From Sedimentisphaeraceae bacterium JB056 (GTDB taxonomy: Bacteria > Planctomycetota > Phycisphaerae > Sedimentisphaerales > Sedimentisphaeraceae): 64,000 bases of DNA. The DNA lies in the NCBI GenBank assembly GCA_044440125.1, contig JBITAJ010000029.1, forward strand, positions 96,001-160,000, in the 5' to 3' direction. Position numbers and translations under genes: made by a program. Every line of letters starts with the position of its first letter. Within the stretch, counting starts at the first letter, position 1. Shown piece by piece: positions 39,145 through 49,789 of the stretch. The notes below the pieces were generated by a model. The model saw only the letters and a program-made list of their open reading frames with translations. It ran no database searches and had not been told where the DNA came from.

Positions 39145-39567
39145 ATGGCTTTGATGCCTAAAAGAGTAAAATACCGTAAGCAGATGAGAGGCAAGAACAC
39201 TGGTGTCGCTTCTCGCAACAACTATGTTGCTTTCGGTGAGTATGGCCTGCAGGCTTTAGAGCCTGCCTGGATAACAGCCAGACAAATCGAAGCGGGTCGT
39301 ATTGCTGCTACTCACTATATGCGTCGTCAGGGTACTATACATATTCGTATATTCCCTCATAAGTCTTATACCTCTAAGCCCCTCGAGACACGAATGGGTA
39401 AAGGTAAAGGCGAGATCGAAGGTTGGGTAGCTGTTGTAAAACCGGGTACAGTTCTTTATGAAATATCCGGTGTCAGCGAAGAAGTGGCAAAGGCGGCATT
39501 GGCCAGAATGGCCCATAAGATGCCTATCCGTTGCCGTTTAACCACTAGAAGACATTCTCTTGCATAA
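39145..39567 (+). CDS. rplP: 50S ribosomal protein L16
   Basis: [23 protein letters not shown]. Confidence 0.98.
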   Translation: MALMPKRVKYRKQMRGKNTGVASRNNYVAFGEYGLQALEPAWITARQIEAGRIAATHYMRRQGTIHIRIFPHKSYTSKPLETRMGKGKGEIEGWVAVVKPGTVLYEISGVSEEVAKAALARMAHKMPIRCRLTTRRHSLA

Positions 39568-39578
39568 GGTGGTATGAT

Positions 39579-39776
39579 ATGAAAGCTACAGAAATAAGAG
39601 AACTTAAAACTGAGGACCTTCAGGGTCGCCTGAAAGAGGCTCAGAAAAAGCTTTTTGAACTTCGTGCTCAGAAGGTAACAGAAAATCTTGAGGATAAGCA
39701 TGCGGTAAGCAAATGTCGTAAAGACATTGCAAGGCTCAAGACAATTATCAGAGAGAATGAATTGAAGGCTCAGTAA
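39579..39776 (+). CDS. rpmC: 50S ribosomal protein L29
   Basis: [22 protein letters not shown]. Confidence 0.95.
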   Translation: MKATEIRELKTEDLQGRLKEAQKKLFELRAQKVTENLEDKHAVSKCRKDIARLKTIIRENELKAQ

Positions 39777-40036
39777 TGGAAACTAAAACAATAAAGACAA
39801 ATCGCGGTAAGGTTGTCAGCCGCAGCGGCGATAAGAGTATCAGGGTTCAGATCGAGTATCTTGTAAAGCACCCGATGTACGGTAAGTATATCAGACGCAG
39901 GACCAAGTTTGGAGTTCATGATCCCAATAATATTGCTCAGGTTGGCGATACTGTGGATATAGTGGAATGCCGTCCGATTAGCAAGACTAAAAGCTGGCGG
40001 CTGGTAAAAATCGTGGAAAAGGCAGTTGTTAAGTAA
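39776..40036 (+). CDS. rpsQ: 30S ribosomal protein S17
   Basis: [25 protein letters not shown]. Confidence 0.97.
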   Translation: METKTIKTNRGKVVSRSGDKSIRVQIEYLVKHPMYGKYIRRRTKFGVHDPNNIAQVGDTVDIVECRPISKTKSWRLVKIVEKAVVK

Positions 40037-40054
40037 AATACGAGGGTTATAACT

Positions 40055-40444
40055 GTGATTCAGCAGGAAACAATGTTGGAAATAGCCGACAATAGCGGCG
40101 TAAGAACTGCCCAGTGCATTAAAGTCCTTGGACGTGGTTCTTCAGGTAAAGGTAAATATACCAGACCTGCTGCAGGCGTTGGCGATGTAATTTGCGTGGC
40201 GATCAAAAAGCACTTACCGACTTGCCAGCTTGACGAAAAGAAGGTTTACCGGTGTGTGATAGTGAGAACTAAGTCACCAGTAAGACGTCCTGACGGAAGC
40301 TATGTACGTTTTGACAGCAACGCTGCTGTGATGATTGACGGCGAAGGCAATCCGATCGGTACACGTATCTTTGGCGCTGTAGCAAGAGAGCTACGTGAAA
40401 AGAATTTTATGAAAATCATTTCGCTTGCTAACGAAGTGGTCTGA
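40055..40444 (+). CDS. rplN: 50S ribosomal protein L14
   Basis: [31 protein letters not shown]. Confidence 0.97.
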   Translation: MIQQETMLEIADNSGVRTAQCIKVLGRGSSGKGKYTRPAAGVGDVICVAIKKHLPTCQLDEKKVYRCVIVRTKSPVRRPDGSYVRFDSNAAVMIDGEGNPIGTRIFGAVARELREKNFMKIISLANEVV

Positions 40445-40500
40445 TATCAGGACTATCGAAATTAATAGCGGCAGTGATATATAATTAATAGAGTAAGATT

Positions 40501-40833
40501 ATGGCAGCACGTATAAAAAAAGGCGATACAGTCGTAGTGATCACCGGCACAAATAAGGGCAAGACCGGTGAGGTACTTAGAATGGTTGAAGACGGCCAGA
40601 AGGTGATTATCACCGGAGTCAATATGGCGACAAAGCACGTCCGACCTTCCCAGAAGTATCCTCAGGGTGGTCGCATTAGTGTGGAGCAGCCCATTGATGT
40701 AAGCAATGTTATGCCCGTTAATCCTAAGACCGATAAGGGTACAAGGGTTAGATTTGAAGTTGCGAAAGACGGCAGCAAAAAGCGTGTGGCGCTTGATGGC
40801 ACAGAATTAGGCGTAGTTCGCAAGGCAAAGTAA
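40501..40833 (+). CDS. rplX: 50S ribosomal protein L24
   Basis: IKKGDTVVVITG..KGKTG, GVN, EQPIDVSNV. Confidence 0.97.
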   Translation: MAARIKKGDTVVVITGTNKGKTGEVLRMVEDGQKVIITGVNMATKHVRPSQKYPQGGRISVEQPIDVSNVMPVNPKTDKGTRVRFEVAKDGSKKRVALDGTELGVVRKAK

Positions 40834-40857
40834 TTTTCAAACAGTTAGGTGGCGTAA

Positions 40858-41397
40858 ATGGCGCGTTTAAAAGATCTATATAAGTCTAAAGTAGTACCTG
40901 CAATGCAGGAAAAGTATGGCTATAAGTGTCCTATGGCTATGCCTAAGCTCGAGAAGGTCGTGATTTCCATGGGTGTCGGCAAGGCTATCCAGGATAAGAA
41001 GTACCTCGAGCAGGCAACCACCGATCTTACAAAGATCTCTGGTCAGAAGCCTTTGGTATGTAAAGCCAAGATAAGTGTTTCAAACTTTAAGTTGCGTGAA
41101 GGTGAGCCTATCGGATTGAAGGTGACTCTCAGGCGTGAACGTATGTACGAGTTTATGGACAGGCTTATTAACCTTGCGATTCCGCGGGTTAAGGACTTCC
41201 GTGGGCTTAGCACAAAGAGCTGTGACGGCAGAGGTAACTACTCTGTAGGTTTCGGTGAGCAGAGTATTTTCCCTGAGGTTGATACTACTAACATTATGAA
41301 TCCGCAGGGAATGAATATAACATTCGTTACTACTGCAGATACTAACGATGAGTGTATCGAGATGTTACGTTTATTTGGAATGCCCTTTAGGAACTAA
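40858..41397 (+). CDS. rplE: 50S ribosomal protein L5
   Basis: [37 protein letters not shown]. Confidence 0.98.
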   Translation: MARLKDLYKSKVVPAMQEKYGYKCPMAMPKLEKVVISMGVGKAIQDKKYLEQATTDLTKISGQKPLVCKAKISVSNFKLREGEPIGLKVTLRRERMYEFMDRLINLAIPRVKDFRGLSTKSCDGRGNYSVGFGEQSIFPEVDTTNIMNPQGMNITFVTTADTNDECIEMLRLFGMPFRN

Positions 41398-41411
41398 AAT
41401 CGGAGTATAAG

Positions 41412-41597
41412 ATGTCAACAACGGCACTTGAAAATAAGGCCAAAAAGACACCCAAATTCAGGGTTCGGGGATATACGAGATGTGAGCTTTGCGGCAGAGC
41501 CAGAGCTGTCTACAGGAAGTTCAATATTTGCCGTATATGTTTCAGGAATATGGCCAACGAAGGTAAAATACCAGGTGTTAAAAAGTCAAGCTGGTAA
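41412..41597 (+). CDS. rpsN: 30S ribosomal protein S14 (Zn-binding type Z)
   Basis: [22 protein letters not shown]. Confidence 0.96.
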   Translation: MSTTALENKAKKTPKFRVRGYTRCELCGRARAVYRKFNICRICFRNMANEGKIPGVKKSSW

Positions 41598-41635
41598 TTT
41601 TTAATAACAATAGACCAGAAAATTGGAGTGAATAG

Positions 41636-42034
41636 ATGAGCTTATCAGATCCAATTGCTGATATGCTGACCAGAATTAGAAACGCAGTAGCTGTTTCAAA
41701 ACCAGAGGTCAGGGTAAAAGCTTCAAATGTTTGTGAAGGTATCGCAAACGTATTGAAGGAAGAAGGCTACATAGTCGATTATGACCGTATTGATGACGGC
41801 CAGCAGGGACTGCTTCGCATAATGCTGAAGTATTCTGCTGTAGGTGAGCCTGTTATCAATGAGATCAAGAGAATCAGTAAGCCGGGTAAGAGAGTTTACA
41901 GCGGCGTTGAGGATATGCCTCAGGTACTGGGTGGTCTTGGTGTTTCGATTGTGACAACAAGCAAAGGTGTAATTAGTGACAGACGCTGCCGTAGCGAAAA
42001 GCTCGGTGGTGAAATTCTTTGTACGGTGAGCTAA
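41636..42034 (+). CDS. rpsH: 30S ribosomal protein S8
   Basis: DPIADMLTRIRNA, RISKPGKRVY, GGEILC. Confidence 0.98.
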   Translation: MSLSDPIADMLTRIRNAVAVSKPEVRVKASNVCEGIANVLKEEGYIVDYDRIDDGQQGLLRIMLKYSAVGEPVINEIKRISKPGKRVYSGVEDMPQVLGGLGVSIVTTSKGVISDRRCRSEKLGGEILCTVS

Positions 42035-42035
42035 T

Positions 42036-42602
42036 ATGAGTCGTATAGGTAAGAAAAAAATAGATATACCGGCCGGTGTTACAGTGGATGTATCTGCAAA
42101 GAGCATTTCTGTAAAAGGCCCTAAAGGTCAGCTTCAAATAGATACCTATCCTGGTATTGAGGTTAAAGTTGAAGATAATGCGGTTGAGGTCAGTAATACA
42201 GATACTTCTGTAAGACGCTTGAACGCTATGCATGGTACAATGCGTTCTCATATCAACAATATGGTAACGGGTGTTAGTACCGGCTTTACTAAGCAGATGC
42301 AGATCTTTGGTACCGGTTATAACGTAAAAGAGCAGGGTGGTAAGCTTGTGTTGACCATAGGTTTCTGCCATACAGTTGAGATGCCTTTGCCAAAGGGTGT
42401 TACTGCTGAAATCAAGGTGCCTGCTACAAGAGGTAATGAAGTTCCTGCTGTTTTCAGTCTTTCTGGAATCGATAAGCAGGTGCTTGGCCAGTTTGCCGCT
42501 GAGGTTAGAGGTGTAAGACCTCCAGAGCCTTATATCGGTAAAGGCATAAGGTATGCAGATGAAGTCGTGCGTCGTAAAGTTGGTAAGGCCTTCGGTGCTT
42601 AA
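42036..42602 (+). CDS. rplF: 50S ribosomal protein L6
   Basis: MSRIGKK, VKGPKG, RPPEPYIGKGIRY. Confidence 0.98.
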   Translation: MSRIGKKKIDIPAGVTVDVSAKSISVKGPKGQLQIDTYPGIEVKVEDNAVEVSNTDTSVRRLNAMHGTMRSHINNMVTGVSTGFTKQMQIFGTGYNVKEQGGKLVLTIGFCHTVEMPLPKGVTAEIKVPATRGNEVPAVFSLSGIDKQVLGQFAAEVRGVRPPEPYIGKGIRYADEVVRRKVGKAFGA

Positions 42603-42642
42603 TAAGTATTATAAACAGGCTATATAAGACAGGTTGATACCT

Positions 42643-43005
42643 ATGAATATCAAAAGATTAGGAAAAAGTAAGATAAGGCGAAAGTTCCGTGTAAGGAAAA
42701 AAGCCTTTGGTACACCGGATAGACCGAGACTATCTGTTTGCAGATCAAACAGAAACATCTCAGCCCAGATTATAGATGACATGAACGGTGTTACACTTGT
42801 TGCCGCTAATACACTGCAGCAGGGCTTGAGCGATTCTGGCAATAACAGCAATATTGCCGCGGCAGCAAAAATAGGTGATGCGATTGCTAAGGAAGCTGTA
42901 AAGGTTGGAATCACGCAAGTGAATTTTGACAGAGGCAGCTACAGGTATCACGGTAGAGTTAAGGCCCTGGCTGAGGCAGCCAGAAAAGCCGGATTAGTAT
43001 TCTGA
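42643..43005 (+). CDS. rplR: 50S ribosomal protein L18
   Basis: [34 protein letters not shown]. Confidence 0.97.
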   Translation: MNIKRLGKSKIRRKFRVRKKAFGTPDRPRLSVCRSNRNISAQIIDDMNGVTLVAANTLQQGLSDSGNNSNIAAAAKIGDAIAKEAVKVGITQVNFDRGSYRYHGRVKALAEAARKAGLVF

Positions 43006-43030
43006 TTTAGTCTTTGAACGGAGAAGACCA

Positions 43031-43549
43031 TTGGCAGACGAAAATAACAAATTCTCAATGCAAAACGAAACAGCCTTTGAGGATACAGTTGTTAAGATAT
43101 ACCGCTGTGCTAAGGTAGTTAAAGGTGGACGTCGTTTCAGCTTTGCAGCATTAGTAGTAGTCGGAGACCGTAGTGGCAACGTAGGCGTTGGTTACGGTAA
43201 AGCGAACGAAGTTCCTTCAGCTGTAGAAAAGGGCATTAAAGATGCTCGTAAGAATATAGTTAAGGTGGCTTTGGACAAAGGTACTATCCCGCATCAGGTT
43301 GAAGGCCGATGCCGGGCAACAAGGGTGAGACTTCTCCCTGCAAGCCCGGGTACTGGAGTTATTGCCGGTTTGAGCAGTCGTGCTGTTCTTGAATTGGCAG
43401 GTGTCCACAACGTATTGACAAAAATTTACGGGAGCACTTCGCCAAAGAACGTTGTCAAAGCAACGATGGACGGATTGCGTAAATTGAAGAGCCGTCAAGA
43501 AGTTGAGGCCCTTCGCGGGGTAGAGCTTGAAATTAACAAAAGGTGGTGA
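43031..43549 (+). CDS. rpsE: 30S ribosomal protein S5
   Basis: KVVKGGRRFSFAALVVVGD, GKANEVP, PGTGVIAG; TTG start with a GGAG RBS. Confidence 0.97.
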   Translation: MADENNKFSMQNETAFEDTVVKIYRCAKVVKGGRRFSFAALVVVGDRSGNVGVGYGKANEVPSAVEKGIKDARKNIVKVALDKGTIPHQVEGRCRATRVRLLPASPGTGVIAGLSSRAVLELAGVHNVLTKIYGSTSPKNVVKATMDGLRKLKSRQEVEALRGVELEINKRW

Positions 43550-43557
43550 TATACATT

Positions 43558-44007
43558 ATGTTGAGTCACGAAATTACTTCAGCAGTTGGAAAACATAAAA
43601 GTCGCAAGCGTATCGGACGTGGAACTGGCTCAGGTCATGGTAAGACTTCCGGTCGCGGTCACAAAGGACAAAAGAGTCGCGCAGGTTACTCACGCAAGTC
43701 GATGTTCCAGGGTGGATCAATCCCTCTGTTCCGTCGTTTACCGAGAGTAGGCTTCAGTAACTATAATTTTGCCGTTAAGTATGAAATTATCAACGTTATG
43801 CAGCTTGAGAAATTCTTCGAAGACGGTGCAACAGTTGGTGTTGAACAGCTCGCAGCATGCGGTCTGGTTGATAATACCAAGAGCAAAGTAAAGATATTGG
43901 GCGATGGCCAGCTAACCAAAAAGCTTGATGTTACAGCACATAAATTTAGTAAGAGTGCTGAAGAAAAAATATCAAGTTGTGGCGGTAAAGTACAGGTTGT
44001 TGCTTAA
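43558..44007 (+). CDS. rplO: 50S ribosomal protein L15
   Basis: RIGRGTGSGHGKTSGRGHKGQKSR, VKILGDG. Confidence 0.97.
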   Translation: MLSHEITSAVGKHKSRKRIGRGTGSGHGKTSGRGHKGQKSRAGYSRKSMFQGGSIPLFRRLPRVGFSNYNFAVKYEIINVMQLEKFFEDGATVGVEQLAACGLVDNTKSKVKILGDGQLTKKLDVTAHKFSKSAEEKISSCGGKVQVVA

Positions 44008-44027
44008 ATGACTAATGAGGGGATGCT

Positions 44028-45392
44028 GTGATGCTCAGTTCAGTGTTGAACATTTTCAAAGTTCCGGAGTTACGTAATAAGATTTTATTCACTCTGGTTT
44101 TGCTTTGTATTTATAGAATCGGTTTTCATATTCCGGTTCCGGGAACAGATCAACAGGCTATTGAGGCTGCGACGAGTCAAAGAGATTCGTCGAGCCCTAT
44201 AGGCCGTATGGCGGAAACCATGCAGATGTTTACAGGCGGTACACTCAGTAAGAGCTCTTTGTTCGGACTGGGTATTATGCCTTATATCTCTGCATCAATT
44301 ATTTTCATGCTTTTGGGTGAAATCTGGCCTGCTATAAAGAAATTGAAGCAGGAAGGTATGGCCGGGCATCGAAAGATACAGGAATATACCCGATATGTTA
44401 CGGTTCCCTTATGTGTTGTGCAGTCTTGGATGATAATGACCTATATGAAGAATATGGACGCTATTTATCCGGGTATGGGTGTCTCTGCTATGCTGTTCGG
44501 TGTTGTTGGTATGACTGCTGGAACAATGTTCCTTATGTGGTTAGGCGAGCAGATCGATGAGTATGGAATCGGTAACGGTATCAGTCTTCTGATTATGGCC
44601 GGTATCATGGCGAGAATGCCTTGGGCAGTCTCTAAGGTATGGGAAAAAGCTACATTTAAGTTTGGTGCGACAGCAGGTGAGTATGATCCGTTGACTATCC
44701 TGTTCCTTATCGCAGCATTCGTTTTTGTTGTAGCAGGATCTATCCTCATTACCCAGGCTCAAAGAAGAATACCTATTCAGCAGGCACGTCAGATGAGAGG
44801 CCGCAGAATGTACGGCGGAGCCCGTCATTATATTCCGCTTCGTGTTAATCACGGTGGTGTAATGCCGATCATCTTTGCTTCAAGTTTAATGATGTTCCCG
44901 GGAATTATATTCGACCAGCTTAGAAGAATACCTGCTTTGGCAAACTCTTCTGTACTTGGTTCGATAGTTGATGCCTTTAACCCAGGAGCATTTACATATA
45001 ACTTCGTTTATATTGTAATGATCTTCCTGTTCGCTTATTTCTGGACAACAGTTCACTTCCAGCCAAAGGACATGGCTAAGAATCTCCGCGACAGCGGAAG
45101 CTTCATCCCAGGTCTTCGTCCGGGACACAGAACTGCAGAATATCTCGAGCATGTAATGGTGAGAATTACTTTCTACGGTGCAGCTTTCCTTGCTATCATC
45201 GCAGTAGTGCCTCAGGTCGTTACAGTAACTCTTGGTGTGGACTGGAATGTAGCATCGTTTCTCGGTGGTACAGGTCTTCTTATCGTAGTAAGTGTTTCTC
45301 TTGATCTCGTACAGAGGGTAGAGTCGCAGCTTATGATGAGAAATTATGAAGGTTTCAGTGAGAGCGGAAGGATAAAGGGGGCCAGAGGTTGA
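44028..45392 (+). CDS. secY: Preprotein translocase subunit SecY
   Basis: LGIMPYISASII, GIGNGISLLI, GVMPIIFA, FIPGLRPG, GGTGLLIVV. Confidence 0.98.
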   Translation: MMLSSVLNIFKVPELRNKILFTLVLLCIYRIGFHIPVPGTDQQAIEAATSQRDSSSPIGRMAETMQMFTGGTLSKSSLFGLGIMPYISASIIFMLLGEIWPAIKKLKQEGMAGHRKIQEYTRYVTVPLCVVQSWMIMTYMKNMDAIYPGMGVSAMLFGVVGMTAGTMFLMWLGEQIDEYGIGNGISLLIMAGIMARMPWAVSKVWEKATFKFGATAGEYDPLTILFLIAAFVFVVAGSILITQAQRRIPIQQARQMRGRRMYGGARHYIPLRVNHGGVMPIIFASSLMMFPGIIFDQLRRIPALANSSVLGSIVDAFNPGAFTYNFVYIVMIFLFAYFWTTVHFQPKDMAKNLRDSGSFIPGLRPGHRTAEYLEHVMVRITFYGAAFLAIIAVVPQVVTVTLGVDWNVASFLGGTGLLIVVSVSLDLVQRVESQLMMRNYEGFSESGRIKGARG

Positions 45393-46030
45393 GACTTGTA
45401 CTAATAGGTCCTCCCGGTGCTGGTAAGGGTACCCAGTGCAAAAGATTGGCTGATAAGTATGAATTGACGCATTTGTCAAGCGGTGATATTTTCCGTGGAC
45501 AAATGGCGGCAAAGACAGAGCTTGGAAATACTGCTAAGAAATATATAGATGAAGGTCAGCTTGTACCTGATCCGATAGTTATATCGATGATGACAGATGC
45601 TGTTAAGAATGAACAGAATTGTATTCTTGATGGCTTTCCGAGAACAGTGAATCAAGCTAAGGCTCTTGATGAAGCTCTTGAAAAATTGAATTGTGATTTG
45701 GATGCGGTCGTTGAACTGATCGTAGCAGATGAGGAAGTGGCCTCAAGACTGACCAAAAGACGCGTTTGTCTTAATTGCGGTGCTACTTACCATCTTGAGT
45801 ATTCAAAACCGAAGGTTGATGGAATATGCGACAGTTGCGGTAGAGAACTTATCCAGCGTGATGATGATACTGAAGAAGTGATTTTCAGTCGTCTGGCGAC
45901 TTATCACAAGCAGACTGAGCCAATAATAGATTACTATAAAAATAGTGGAAAGAAGCTCATAAGCATTGATGCTGCAGGCAGTATTGATGAAATAACAAAA
46001 GAGTTGACTTCTGCTATCGATAATATTTGA
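45389..46030 (+). CDS. adk: Adenylate kinase (Zn-binding LID)
   Basis: GPPGAGKGTQ, LDGFPR, CLNC..CDSC, QRDDD. Confidence 0.97.
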   Translation: MRLVLIGPPGAGKGTQCKRLADKYELTHLSSGDIFRGQMAAKTELGNTAKKYIDEGQLVPDPIVISMMTDAVKNEQNCILDGFPRTVNQAKALDEALEKLNCDLDAVVELIVADEEVASRLTKRRVCLNCGATYHLEYSKPKVDGICDSCGRELIQRDDDTEEVIFSRLATYHKQTEPIIDYYKNSGKKLISIDAAGSIDEITKELTSAIDNI

Positions 46031-46052
46031 TTTTTAACGATCGTTTAGTATA

Positions 46053-46829
46053 ATGGCAATCAAAATACGCAGAAAAAACGAAATCGAGAAGATGCGTAAG
46101 GCCGGAATGGTCGTTAAACAAGCTTTAGATAAGATAGAAGAAAACTGTAAAGCCGGGGTAAATACCGCAGAGCTTGACAAGATAGCTTGTGATGTTGCGG
46201 CGGAATACGGGGCAGAAACCCTTTTCAAGGGTGTCAGAAGCCCATATACTGTTATCCCGTTTCCCGGAGCCATCTGTGCTTCAGTAAATGAGCAGGTTGT
46301 TCACGGGATACCTTCCAAAGGTGCAGTCCTTAAGGAAGGTGATATATTCAGTGTTGATTTTGGCGTTAGATTAGATGGTTATTGTGGCGATTCTGCAAGA
46401 ACAATAGCTGTTGGTGATATCTCAGGGGCGAAAAAACGCCTGATGAGTATTACATTGAAAATGCTGGAATTGGCCATTGAAAATATAGCTCCAGGTAAAA
46501 GATGGAGTGAGATTGCCGGTATTATGCAGCAGACAGCTGAAGATGCCGGTTATTCTGTTGTACGGGACCTTGTTGGTCATGGTATCGGAACTCAGATGCA
46601 TGAGGAGCCGCAAGTGCCTAACTTCGTGAGCAGATATCTGTTGAAAAACGATATTGTGCTTAAGGAAGGGATGGTTTTGGCGGTTGAACCGATGGTCAAT
46701 ATGGGTCGGAGTAGTGTGAAAACATTGCGTGATGGATGGACTGTAGTGACAAGAGATGCCAGCCCATCAGCGCATTTTGAGCATACTATCGCTGTCTCAG
46801 GCAGCGGAAGTGATGTATTAACGGCTTAA
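46053..46829 (+). CDS. map: Methionine aminopeptidase type I
   Basis: [37 protein letters not shown]. Confidence 0.97.
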   Translation: MAIKIRRKNEIEKMRKAGMVVKQALDKIEENCKAGVNTAELDKIACDVAAEYGAETLFKGVRSPYTVIPFPGAICASVNEQVVHGIPSKGAVLKEGDIFSVDFGVRLDGYCGDSARTIAVGDISGAKKRLMSITLKMLELAIENIAPGKRWSEIAGIMQQTAEDAGYSVVRDLVGHGIGTQMHEEPQVPNFVSRYLLKNDIVLKEGMVLAVEPMVNMGRSSVKTLRDGWTVVTRDASPSAHFEHTIAVSGSGSDVLTA

Positions 46830-46843
46830 ATCGAGGTAATGAT

Positions 46844-47056
46844 TTGGCTAAAAGTGGAATAAGAGTAGACGGCAAAGTGCTTGATGCACTGCCAAACGCA
46901 GTTTTCAAGGTAGAACTGGAAAATGGTCATCAGATCATCGCCCATGTATCGGGTAAGATGAGGATGCACTTTATCCGTATTCTGCCTGGAGATACTGTAA
47001 CAGTAGAGATGAGTCCTTACGACCTTAGTAAAGGACGTATTGTATTAAGAAAGTAA
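46844..47056 (+). CDS. infA: Translation initiation factor IF-1
   Basis: [39 protein letters not shown]. Confidence 0.97.
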   Translation: MAKSGIRVDGKVLDALPNAVFKVELENGHQIIAHVSGKMRMHFIRILPGDTVTVEMSPYDLSKGRIVLRK

Positions 47057-47093
47057 TTTGATATAATTCGCTAAATTAATTACAGGTGCGATT

Positions 47094-47210
47094 ATGAAAG
47101 TTAGAAGTTCGGTAAAACGTATTTGTGAAAATTGTAAAATAATTCGCAGAAAAGGTGTCATAAGAGTGATATGCGCTGCTAACCCACGTCATAAACAGAG
47201 GCAGGGTTAA
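47094..47210 (+). CDS. rpmJ: 50S ribosomal protein L36 (not in the ORF track)
   Basis: Hand translation: [38 protein letters not shown]. Confidence 0.97.
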   Translation: MKVRSSVKRICENCKIIRRKGVIRVICAANPRHKQRQG

Positions 47211-47294
47211 AAAGCTGCTCTTTTATACTTTTCTGTTCTCTGTGGTCTCTTATCACAGGGATTAAGAATATAATAAAACGTCATAGGAGTAATT

Positions 47295-47678
47295 ATGCCT
47301 CGTATAGTCGGTGTAGATGTACCAAATAATAAGCGTTTAGTGATCGCTCTTACCTATATTCATGGTATTGGAAATCACATGGCTGCTGAAATAATAAAGA
47401 AGGCCGGTGCTGATGAGAATATCAAGGCAAGTGAGCTGAGTGAAGATGATGTAAGTAAGCTTGCTCAGATCATTACCAATGAGTATGTTGTTGAAGGTCA
47501 GCTTCGCAGGAAAGTAGCTCAGGATATCGCCAGACTTAAAGATATCACTTGCTATCGTGGTCTTCGTCACAGAAGAAGTCTTCCTTGCCGTGGTCAGCAG
47601 ACACAGAGCAACGCACGTACTCGTAAGGGTAGGAAGAAGACTGTTGCCGGTAAGAAGAGCGTCAAGGGTATGCGCTAA
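47295..47678 (+). CDS. rpsM: 30S ribosomal protein S13
   Basis: PRIVGVD, ALTYIHGIG, YRGLRHRRSLPCRGQ..NARTRKG. Confidence 0.98.
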   Translation: MPRIVGVDVPNNKRLVIALTYIHGIGNHMAAEIIKKAGADENIKASELSEDDVSKLAQIITNEYVVEGQLRRKVAQDIARLKDITCYRGLRHRRSLPCRGQQTQSNARTRKGRKKTVAGKKSVKGMR

Positions 47679-47712
47679 TTTGGGATTGATTTCAATTTTA
47701 GGATAAATATAG

Positions 47713-48093
47713 ATGGCTAAAAGTACAAAACGAAGAGTAAGGAAGAATATAGCTCGTGGAGTTGTTCACGTTAAAGCTACCTTCAATAACACTATCGTTA
47801 CAGTAACTGATCCTGATGGTGCAGTAATCTGCGCTGGTTCAGGTGGTGCAGTAGGCTTCAAGGGATCACGTAAGAGTACTCCTTTTGCCGCTCAAAGAGC
47901 TTCTGAGAAGTGTGCTTTTGAGGCAAAACGTAACGGTGTACGTGAAGTTGAAGTACGTGTTAAAGGTCCTGGACAGGGACGTGAATCAGCTATTACTGCT
48001 ATTCAGTCTGCCGGAATCAGGATTACTTCAGTTGAAGACGTAACTCCGCTTCCTCACAACGGATGTCGCCCACCAAAGCGTCGTCGCGTGTGA
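47713..48093 (+). CDS. rpsK: 30S ribosomal protein S11
   Basis: [40 protein letters not shown]. Confidence 0.98.
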   Translation: MAKSTKRRVRKNIARGVVHVKATFNNTIVTVTDPDGAVICAGSGGAVGFKGSRKSTPFAAQRASEKCAFEAKRNGVREVEVRVKGPGQGRESAITAIQSAGIRITSVEDVTPLPHNGCRPPKRRRV

Positions 48094-48127
48094 CCGGTAT
48101 TGCTTACTTTTTTTGATGATTATAAAA

Positions 48128-48170
48128 ATGCTGCCGTAGGTTTCAATGTACCTTGGCAGCGTGATTTTGT
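48128..48170 (+). terminator. Hairpin between rpsK and rpoA (terminator or processing site)
   Basis: ATGCTGCC.TAGGT/ACCTT.GGCAGCGT followed by ATTTT. Confidence 0.45.
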
Positions 48171-48261
48171 TAATAGATAGCAAGAAACAGATTAGTAAGT
48201 GCCAACTATGGCCTTTCGGTTCTTTACTGAGAAACTTGCTGTAATTTTAAGGGCCCCTATT

Positions 48262-49260
48262 ATGAGAATAACTTGGCGTGGATTAGAGCTCCCTACAAGG
48301 GTTGAGCTGGATCAGGAAATGTCCGATGGTTATTTCGGACGATTTGTTGTAGAGCCTTTCGAAAGAGGTTTTGGTACAACTATCGGCAACAGCCTTAGGC
48401 GTGTATTGCTTTCTTCACTTGAGGGAAGTGCTGTCACAAGGGTTAAGATTGTCGGTGTTGACCATGAATTTACAAGCATCGAGGGTGTTGTTGAGGATAT
48501 CACAGATATCATCATCAATATTAAGCACCTTGTTGTTAGGATGGAAGGCGATCGTCCCAGGACTATGAAGATCAAGGTTGCGAAGGAAGGCGTTGTAACA
48601 GCTGCCGATATCGAAACCGATTCATATGTCGAGGTTATAAATAAAGACCAGGTGATAGCAACACTCACCGAAGACGTTAATTTTGAAATGGAATTTACAG
48701 TCGAGAAGGGACGCGGTTATTCAGCTTCTAAGGATCGTATTGCTGAATCCGATCGTTTCGATCAGGAAGTCGGCCTCATAGAGGTTGATGCACTTTATTC
48801 TCCTGTAGTTCGTGTAAGATATAAAACAGAGGACACACGTGTCGGCCAGCGTACCAATTATGATAAGCTCATAATTGACGTTTGGACTAATGGCACTGTA
48901 AGCCCTGAATTGGCTGTTGTTGAGGCAGCTAAGATATTGCGTAAGCATATTAATCCGTTCACTCAGTTCGCTGATATCGGCGATGAGACTGTTGATGAGG
49001 AACTTGTAGTTGTTGAGCCGGAAAAAGAAGATATTGATTCTGAGCTTGCAGCTAAGCTTGATATGCCTATACGCGACCTTGAACTTTCTGTTCGTGCAAG
49101 CAACTGTCTTGAAAGCGTTAAGCTTCAGAACGTTCGTGAGCTTGTCAGCATGACAGAGGCAGAATTGCTTAAGGTTCGCAGCTTTGGTAAGACCTCACTG
49201 CGTGAGATCAAGAGAAAGCTTGATGAATTGGGCTTGTCTCTTGGTATGACTGATATTTAA
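48262..49260 (+). CDS. rpoA: DNA-directed RNA polymerase subunit alpha
   Basis: EPFERGFGTTIGNSLRRVLLSS, VDALYSPV, LELSVRASNCL, FGKTSL. Confidence 0.98.
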   Translation: MRITWRGLELPTRVELDQEMSDGYFGRFVVEPFERGFGTTIGNSLRRVLLSSLEGSAVTRVKIVGVDHEFTSIEGVVEDITDIIINIKHLVVRMEGDRPRTMKIKVAKEGVVTAADIETDSYVEVINKDQVIATLTEDVNFEMEFTVEKGRGYSASKDRIAESDRFDQEVGLIEVDALYSPVVRVRYKTEDTRVGQRTNYDKLIIDVWTNGTVSPELAVVEAAKILRKHINPFTQFADIGDETVDEELVVVEPEKEDIDSELAAKLDMPIRDLELSVRASNCLESVKLQNVRELVSMTEAELLKVRSFGKTSLREIKRKLDELGLSLGMTDI

Positions 49261-49336
49261 TAGCCGTGTCAATTAATTTGACAGGTTGATCGATACTCAA
49301 ATTTGATAATAAACGTTTTTATATAAGGATACGAAA

Positions 49337-49774
49337 ATGCGACATCGTGTAGCAGGACGCCATCTTGGCAGAACAAGTGAGCACCGCATTGCAATGCGCA
49401 GGAATATGGTGAGCTCTCTTTTTGAGCATGGCACAATTTCTACAACTATACAAAAGGCAAAAGAAGTTAAACCTTTCGCTGAGAAGCTTATAACTCTCGC
49501 TAAAAAAGGTGATCTTGCTTCTCGCCGCCGTGCGATATCTTTGCTAAATGACCGCTGCATCTACGAAGAGCAGGACGGAGAGAATGTAAAGGTTGGTACC
49601 GTAATCGGCAGACTTTTCAGTGATATAGGTCCTAAGTACATTGAGAGACCTGGTGGATACACAAGGATTATCAAGCTCGCTAAGAGAAGACTTGGCGATA
49701 ACGGTGAGCTTTGCCTGCTTCAGCTCGTAGAAGGTGATAATCAAAAGGCTCCGGCTGCTGATTCTGAAGAGTAA
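49337..49774 (+). CDS. rplQ: 50S ribosomal protein L17
   Basis: MRHRVAGRHLGRTSEHR, AEKLITLAK, RPGGYTRIIK. Confidence 0.98.
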   Translation: MRHRVAGRHLGRTSEHRIAMRRNMVSSLFEHGTISTTIQKAKEVKPFAEKLITLAKKGDLASRRRAISLLNDRCIYEEQDGENVKVGTVIGRLFSDIGPKYIERPGGYTRIIKLAKRRLGDNGELCLLQLVEGDNQKAPAADSEE

Positions 49775-49789
49775 TAAGGGTTTTGATGT

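Noticed and set aside
48199..48261. N-terminal extensions in the ORF track for rpoA (also fabG, alaS, trxA, 33173)
   Set aside because: Downstream ATGs match the conserved N-termini and/or RBS, unlike rplV where no such start exists
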